From Kineococcus radiotolerans SRS30216 = ATCC BAA-149 (GTDB taxonomy: Bacteria > Actinomycetota > Actinomycetes > Actinomycetales > Kineococcaceae), in NCBI RefSeq assembly GCF_000017305.1, contig NC_009664.2, forward strand, positions 240,001-272,000: DNA of 32,000 nt, read 5' to 3'. Numbering within the stretch: the stretch's first letter is position 1; every line of letters starts with the position of its first letter. Shown piece after piece: positions 30,864 to 32,000 of this stretch. The translations under genes were made by a program, and so were the position numbers. A model generated the notes under the pieces. It searched no databases and was not told the DNA's origin. It saw only the letters and a program-made list of their open reading frames with translations.

Positions 30864-31188
30864 CGGTTCCCCCGCGCGCTCGGGAGCACCACCGGGTGCC
30901 GCGGCTCCGCCGCGGTCATCGTCGCGGGGTGAGGGTCCCGGGGAGGAGGTGCCCCCCGAGGCGGGCGTCACCGTCGGGGTTCCCGCACCGTCACGGCACG
31001 GGAGGGGGGTGGCAGGGGGCACGGGTTCCTCCGGGGTCGCCGACGCGGGGGTGGGCAGGTCACCCGGCAACCCTACGATCCGCGGGGTCCCCGCGGCCGC
31101 GGTGAACCGGGGGAACCCCCGTCGGCAGGACGGCCGAGGGAGGTGCGGGCGCGTCCGGCGCAGCGGTGCCGGGGAGCCGGGTACGGCC

Positions 31189-31539
31189 TCAGTCGGCGGT
31201 GGTCAGCGATCCGGGCGTGGTGGAGGTGAAGACCAGGTCGCCGTACTCCTGCGGGTGGCGGCGGACGAAGGCGGCGACGAAGGGGCACAGGGGCATCACC
31301 CGCAGCTGCCGGCGGCGGACGTCGTCCAGGGCACGGGCTACCAGCGTGGTAGCGATGCCCCGCCCTTCGAAGCCGGGCAGCACCTCGGTGTGGGAGAAGA
31401 CGAGGAACTCCCGGGTGGGCAGGTACTCCGCGATCGCGGCCAGCTGCCCCTCGACGCGGGCTTCGTAGCGGTGCCGGTCCGCGACGTCGGTGACGGCGAC
31501 CGCGTCCGGCGCGGGGGCGGACGACGACGGGGCGCTCAC
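31189..31539 (-). CDS. Small GNAT-family N-acetyltransferase (YjdJ-like)
   Basis: FSHTEVLPGFEGRGIATTLVARALDDVRRRQLRVMPLCPFVAAFVRRHPQEYGDL. GTG 31539 overlaps the upstream stop (GTGA). Confidence 0.8.
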   Translation of the reverse strand: MSAPSSSAPAPDAVAVTDVADRHRYEARVEGQLAAIAEYLPTREFLVFSHTEVLPGFEGRGIATTLVARALDDVRRRQLRVMPLCPFVAAFVRRHPQEYGDLVFTSTTPGSLTTAD

Positions 31540-31835
31540 GGGTGCGAGGGCGCCGCGGGGGCACCGGGTCGGTGGAAGCCGACGCCGTCGGGGTAGCACC
31601 AGTACCACTCCTCGCCGGGCTCGTAGGAGCGCACGAGGGGGTGGCCGCTGCTGCGGTGGTGGGCGGTGGCGTGGGTGTTCGGGGAGGAGTCGCAGCACCC
31701 GACGTGCCCGCAGCTGCTGCACATGCGCAGGTGCACCCACTGCCCCCCGGCGCGCAGGCAGTCCTCGCAGCCGGTGGCGCTGGGCAGGGCGGCGTCGTCC
31801 ACGGACCCCAGGTGGGTGCAGGCGGTGGTGCTCAC
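31536..31835 (-). CDS. UBP-type zinc-finger protein
   Basis: CEDCLRAGGQWVHLRMCSSCGHVGCCDSSPNTHATAHHRSSGHP matches the zf-UBP Cys/His pattern. GTG 31835 overlaps the upstream stop (GTGA) and is preceded by GGAGAGGAG. Confidence 0.85.
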   Translation of the reverse strand: MSTTACTHLGSVDDAALPSATGCEDCLRAGGQWVHLRMCSSCGHVGCCDSSPNTHATAHHRSSGHPLVRSYEPGEEWYWCYPDGVGFHRPGAPAAPSHP

Positions 31836-32000
31836 GGGGTGCTCCTCTCCTCGTCGGTGCCAGCCTCCACCGTCAACGCCGGCGCGTCCAGGGTGGCCGG
31901 CGACTCCCCCGGGCTCACGGTCCTGGGCGCCGGCAGGTGCTCGTGGGCGCGTTCGATCTCGGTCTGCAACTCCTCCGGCCCGCGGTCGGCGCGCGACACC
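31832..32000 (-). CDS. 3' end (55 codons) of an unidentified gene whose start lies beyond the window
   Basis: Not in the ORF track because it is truncated. The minus frame reading from 31999 gives VSRADRGPEELQTEIERAHEHLPAPRTV...EERSTP and then TGA 31832-31834. Nearly every codon ends in G/C, and the stop overlaps the zf-UBP start. Confidence 0.5.
   Translation of the reverse strand, partial: VSRADRGPEELQTEIERAHEHLPAPRTVSPGESPATLDAPALTVEAGTDEERSTP

Noticed and set aside
30864-31070. A 69-codon Pro/Gly/Ala-rich N-terminal extension of the MmyB-like regulator, from TTG 31070.
   Set aside because: GC3 is only about 78%, close to background, against more than 90% in the rest of the gene. GTG 30863 gives the usual family length. 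This is not excluded, and it is flagged in the feature evidence.
1-32000. A scan for CRISPR arrays, tRNA/rRNA genes, IS elements, integrases, toxin-antitoxin pairs and known defence-system cores.
   Set aside because: I saw no regularly spaced direct repeats, no cloverleaf-like or rRNA-like conserved sequence, no transposase or recombinase motifs, and no terminal inverted repeats flanking any block. The only tandem repeats are the short arrays reported at 14377-14401 and 28905-28940 and the intragenic LGFP repeats.

Overview
Very GC-rich chromosomal segment of actinobacterial type. By eye it is well above 70% G+C, with GC3-saturated codons, many GTG starts and eight 4-nt GTGA/ATGA stop-start overlaps. 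I support about 35 protein-coding genes. I saw no rRNA, tRNA, CRISPR array, transposase, integrase or recognisable prophage or defence core. Most long ORFs in the six-frame track are Arg/Pro/Gly-rich shadow frames and were discarded. Gene order, left to right: (1) 3' part of a bacteriophytochrome with a PP2C/SpoIIE phosphatase output, translationally coupled to a BphO-type heme oxygenase; (2) an APH-fold phosphotransferase; (3) a divergent c-di-GMP pair, GAF-EAL and PBP(LacI-type, no HTH)-GGDEF; (4) a five-gene minus-strand operon of ABC ATPase, two paralogous ABC-2 permeases, a HisKA_3 histidine kinase and a LuxR-type response regulator; (5) a C-N hydrolase; (6) an ArsR-AHSA1/SRPBCC pair; (7) an HTH protein coupled to membrane proteins of unknown function; (8) a lipoprotein, a 468-aa uncharacterised protein and a Tat-signal DD-peptidase/beta-lactamase-fold hydrolase; (9) a compositionally atypical small-lipoprotein locus; (10) an LLM flavin oxidoreductase; (11) a small orphan; (12) an LGFP-repeat secreted protein; (13) a MacB/FtsX-type ABC pair; (14) a small membrane protein; (15) an M15/VanY-type peptidase behind a roughly 400-nt structured leader; (16) an orphan, then a WYL regulator divergent from a dienelactone-hydrolase-like gene across a GGTGAC repeat array; (17) a MmyB-like regulator with a SnoaL-like protein; (18) a coupled unknown/zf-UBP/GNAT trio. 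I found no clear-cut novel multi-gene system. The items most worth follow-up are the PP2C-output phytochrome module, the candidate riboswitch-like leader before the M15 peptidase, the WYL operator array with its neighbouring orphan, an in-frame TAG that splits a Cys-repeat ORF from a membrane protein, the 468-aa unknown protein, and a three-arm GGAGGAGGA/TCCTCCTCC palindrome. All domain calls come from motif recognition in the translations; no searches were run.
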